Assembly (NCBI GenBank): GCA_964016885.1
Contig: OZ024761.1
Location: 31,000,001 to 31,064,000 of the forward strand
Length of the DNA: 64,000 nucleotides
Direction: 5' to 3'
Origin: Eledone cirrhosa
Lineage: Eukaryota
Within the stretch, counting starts at the first letter, position 1. The number at the start of each line of letters is the position of its first letter. The notes below the pieces were generated by a model. That model was not told the origin of the DNA. It ran no database searches and worked only from the letters and a program-made list of their open reading frames with translations. Below are positions 58,955-64,000 of this stretch, in pieces. Made by a program: the position numbers and the translations under genes.

Positions 58955-59910
58955 ATATATAAGTATGTATACGTACATACATATATGTATACAGACGTAC
59001 AGTAGTATGTATACAAATCCACGGCCGGGGTACCGAAAACGATAAACAGAAAAAATGAAACAAAATTTCATTTCTCACTCTTAGTACGGCTGTTACTTAA
59101 ATATAAGTATGTATACGTACATACATATATGTATACAGACGTACAGTAGTATGTATATATATATACGTACATGCACACATATATATATGTACGTATGGAT
59201 TCACCGAACATTTATTATAATGCTCGGTGTGTTTGTAAACAAACATCCCGAATTAAGCCATACAGTGTCTAGCAACCATCGTTTGTTTACAAACGCACTG
59301 AACATTATAATAAATGTTCGATGAATCCATATGTACATATATATATGTGTGCATGTATGTATATATATATATATACATACTACTGTACGTCTGTATACAT
59401 ATATGTATGTACGTATACATACTTATATTTAAGTAACAGCCGTACTAAGAGTGAGAAATGAAATTTTGTTTCATTTTTTCTGTTTATCATTTTCGGTACG
59501 ATTAACTCACACGATATGCAAGTTAGGCTGCTCAGCCGTTAATATGCATAAGGAAAGTATATACTTTCAGACGTTCAATCATCTGGCAAGAAGGTATACA
59601 TTGCTGACGATAGCTAATAAGCTTGAAACTAGTACAACGTTCCTTTGTCAGGGTTGAACAAATGAGCAACGATAGTTGCTAGACACTGTACGGCTTAATT
59701 CGGGATGTTTGTTTACAAACACACCGAGCATTATAATAAGTGTTCGGTGAATCCATACGTACATATATATATGTGTGCATGTACGTATATATATATATAC
59801 ATACTACTGCACGTCTGTATACATATATGTATGTACGTATACATACTTATATTTAAGTAACAGCCGTACGAAGAGTGAGAAATGAAATTTTGTTTCATTT
59901 TTTCTGTTTA
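58955..59910 (+). mobile_element. Diverged dispersed relative of the 468-bp satellite: about 1.5 direct units (period about 426 bp) plus an inverted copy, hammerhead at 59599-59639
   Basis: CATTG-CTGACGA-TAGCT-AATA-AGCTT-GAAA-CTAG-TA-CAACG. Upstream GGTAC..ACTCACAC..TATGCAA.TTAG.CTGC aligns by eye with the satellite unit. Confidence 0.8.
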
Positions 59911-59925
59911 TATATATATATGTAT

Positions 59926-60058
59926 TTAGTCATGTAATAAACAACATAAGATGATTATTTGATTTACCAGTGGTTTCTTGAAGGCAGACACAACATCTGT
60001 CTTCAAGAAACCACTGGTAAATGAAATAATTATCTTATGTTGTTTATTACATAACTAA
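59926..60058. repeat. Palindrome made of two hammerhead 3' halves
   Basis: Centre TGAAGGCAGA-CACAACA-TCTGTCTTCA, then A-GAAA-CC-ACT-GG-TA-AATG on both strands. Confidence 0.75.
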
Positions 60059-60177
60059 TAAGCTCTGTAGCCTACATAGAGCACTCTTTTTTCCTGTACC
60101 TTTCTGACGGAAATACTTCACATATATATATGTATATATATATGTAAATATATGTATATATATGTATATGTATATAT

Positions 60178-60211
<34 letters not shown>

Positions 60212-60341
60212 ATATGCATATATATATATATATGTATGTATATATATTTATATATTTATATATACACATATATGTATATATATATATATATATATATGCA
60301 TATATATATATATATGTATATATATTTATATATTTATATAT

Positions 60342-60404
<63 letters not shown>

Positions 60405-60493
60405 CATATATATATATATATGTATATGTATGTATATATATTTATATATACACACATATATATGTATGTATATATATTTATATATTTATATAT

Positions 60494-60618
<125 letters not shown>

Positions 60619-60753
60619 TATATATACACACATATATATATATATATATACTGTAAATTCTAGTAGTAGAGAGTAGTAGAGAGTATATATAACTTCACAC
60701 ATTAACTGCCTACCATTCAGATTTAGGTTACTTTCCTGTTTATGATTCCAGGA

Positions 60754-62810
60754 ATTTTTCTGCTAAAAGTGAAACAATATAATTTACAGCTGCAATAGAA
60801 TTTTTTGGCCAACATCTCAAGAACTGCATTTGTCAATCTGCAGTATTAGTATCACCTCCACCCCCGACCACATATTCATACATGTAAATACATACATATA
60901 TGCATACATGCACATACACACACATATATATACACACACATACATACATATCATCATCATCATCATCATCACCATTTTACGTCAATATTTCCATGCTAGC
61001 ATGGGTTAGAGAGGTTGTCCTCACTTGTCAGATTCAGATGTGTGACACTCGGATATGGCTTTCCAAGCCTGCTAGAGACTTGCACTCCTTCACACATTGA
61101 CGGCAACTATCTGTCTCCCTGGCCTCAGGTCTTGCATTAGGTTGCCTGTGAACCTTCACAATACCATGGAGATCATAGTTCACTGGTTCTCTTTGAACAT
61201 GGCTGTGACTGTGGCTCTTGAGACCAGATTTGCTCAAGCAAATCTTTCCACACTCAGGGCACACCAATTCAGACAGTATTGGCCCAGGCCATATCTAACT
61301 TAATAGCACCACTTGACGAAGTCTTTCAAAGGGGCCGAAGGGGGATCTTTACCTTACTTGAATTCATATAGAGTATCAAATTTCAAAAGAGAGGCAACCA
61401 ACAGGATTTGAAGAAAAAAATCCGACTGATAAATGCTGTCCATGTTTACTTCAATAAAACCAGTAATCTATACCAAGTTGAGAGGAGTACATATCAATTA
61501 CTACTTGATCTTGTGACTGAAAACTGATTGGAGTGCAATTAACAGCATCAACAACACTGGTTTATCCCTTTAGCATTTACATTACTCTATATATATACTT
61601 TTGTATTTTCATGGTAAAGGCTTTATCTTGCATAATTATCTCACATAATATCGAATCTATGAGATTTTGATATTATTTACTTTGAGAACAATACCTTAAC
61701 ATAAGTATGAGCAGCCAGTTATGGCCTGTTTGAACAGAAAGAGGTGAGAGAATTCTGGCTGGATACAGCTGGTTTAAATGCTAAAGGTTTAAAAATCATT
61801 TCAGAACTAAATGTCTAGGACTGGATTGAACCCCTTGATCCTATAATTCCTCATTTTACTCTGAAGGATCATAAATCAAATTTCAATACTAACCCATTTA
61901 TTTGGCTCATTAACCCCACTAAATATGATTTAAGAAGGCTTAATAAAATTATACTCAAAATTAGAGATATGGCCCATTTAGCCTTGTGGAGTAATTCCTT
62001 TGCAGTGATTAATTGGTTCAATAGCTACATAACAAGGAAACTACCAACAATCATTTCTGATCAATGGTCGTTATCAAGGCAGTGATCCTCTTACTGTGCC
62101 CTTTGCTGGAATTCAGGGCAGGTAAGGGGAGCACTGTCTTGATAATGACCATCAGTCAGAAATGATCGCCAGCAGTTTCCCTCTCTATCTTCTGCAGGAA
62201 TTCGATAGATGATGCTATGCCATCAGCTTCCAAAATTCATAGCTAAAGGCTTTCAAATATTTATGCATAAACATACTCTATATCATTAGATATACAAAAT
62301 ACAAACACACACACACATATATATATGTAAGAGGTGATAAAAGCCGACCGTACCCAATTGCACCTCTCGAAGGTGATGACACACAGCCATGACCTCTGGC
62401 ATCACACAGTAATACAGAAGACTCGACTTCCCATGGGTACAAGCCGAAGCTGAAGCATATAGACAATAAGCCCCCCCCCCCCCCCACTGCAAAGTGGTCA
62501 TGGAGGTGCCACGGCAAAAAGCACCCAGCCCACACTGTAAAGTAGTCGTGTAGGCGCTATGGACAAAAGCACCCAGCACTCACTGTAAATGAGGTTGGTG
62601 TTAGGAAGGGCATCCAGCTGAAGAAATCAAGCCAGAATCAGTTCCAGTATGAGCAAGACAAGGTCAGCCAACCAGACACTGCCCACAACGGGACAACCTG
62701 TCTAACCCATGCTAGTGTGGAAGAACGGACGTAAAACGGTGATGATGATGATGATATATATATAGTAATAATAATTACGAAGACCAAAATCTGAAGAAGG
62801 CTTGATAAAG

Positions 62811-62859
<49 letters not shown>

Positions 62860-62983
62860 AAAAGATATATATAAACCCATAGAGTAAATATTTATTATTA
62901 GTATGGATTAAGTTTAAGCAAAGAATCGCTGCTTTCACCCTATTACAGGTTCTTCTGAAACTCATACATATATACATACATAT

Positions 62984-63016
<33 letters not shown>

Positions 63017-63271
63017 AGCAAAGAGATATTTAATTTGTTGGTTATTCAACAAATTTATTTATAACAGATTCGAAGCACTCTACAGGATTTTTCTGGAATA
63101 TAATATCAATGATATTAATACATGGAAACTATCTTTATAAAACCATATTTATTTTATTATATATATTTCAAGGGTACCAAAATTTTGGTACGCCCTCATC
63201 AGATAAAATACAAAAATTGTTTTATAAATATTGACATCCCAAAACAAGAACTTACCGTTTTAAGTTCATTT

Positions 63272-63308
<37 letters not shown>

Positions 63309-64000
63309 GCATGTACATATTTGCTAGTAATTTCATCATTTACTACACAGCTCATGCCCTGTTGAAATAGGAATGCGTTTTATAGTGAAACTAATTTCAA
63401 GTTAAATAGAGACTGTGAGAAACAGGAAACATTTTCTGTAAACTAATTTATCAGTGACATGAGAGGCAGTTAATGTTAATAACAGTGTTTAATGGTGATG
63501 ATGTTGGTGGTGGTGGTCATGTTGGTGGTAGTGATGGTGATGTTGGTGGTGGTGGTAGTGATGGTGATGTTGGTTGTGGTCGTGGTAATAATGGTGGTGG
63601 TGGTGGTGATGGTAGTGATGTTGGTTGTGTTCTTGATGATGGTGGTGGTGGTGGTGGTGGTGATGTTGGTTGTGGCGATGATAATGGTGGTGGTTGTGGT
63701 AGTGGTGGTGGTGATGTTGGTTGTGGTGGTGGTGATGATGATGGTAGTGGTGGTAGTGATGGTGATGATGATGATGATGATGGTAGTGGTGGTAGTGATG
63801 GTGATGATGATGATGATGATGATGGTCGTGGTGATAATGATCGTAGTAATGATGATGGTGGTGGTGGTGATGATGGTGGTAGTGGTGATGATGATCATGA
63901 TGGTGGTGGTGATAATGATAATGGTGGTGGTCGTGATAGTGGTGGATGTGATGGTGGTGGTGATGATGACAATGATGATGGTGGTGATGATGATAATGTG
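60754..64000 (-). repeat. Inverted segmental duplication of parts of 51548-56612
   Basis: 60754-61238 = revcomp of 51548-51998; 61858-63290 = revcomp of 55310-56612; 63300-63510 = revcomp of 53170-53385, continuing into the GTG tract. Confidence 0.92.

Overview
Eukaryotic, AT-rich and repeat-dominated DNA. The (TA)n seas, RTE LINEs with (GAT)n tails and matching tRNA-derived SINEs suggest an octopus/cephalopod-type genome (inference). Host coding content is small: one two-exon PPC/DUF296-domain gene on the minus strand (49589-50707) and a few possible orphan exons. The rest is satellites, minisatellites, RTE, CR1-like and CRE-like LINE fragments, SINEs, hAT, piggyBac, Tc1-mariner and Helitron relics, and a multi-kb inverted duplication. 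The very long IY-, Thr/His- and Val-rich ORFs are simple-repeat artefacts. The main hidden signal is RNA. The 468-bp tandem array at 1-3660 carries a type I hammerhead ribozyme motif in every unit. More than a dozen further intact or decayed hammerhead motifs from several families sit in short direct-repeat or palindromic elements embedded in (TA)n tracts. Several palindromes pivot on a ribozyme helix. This fits a TA-targeting family of Penelope-like/retrozyme-type elements that could produce self-cleaved or circular RNAs. All folds were read by eye and none was computed.
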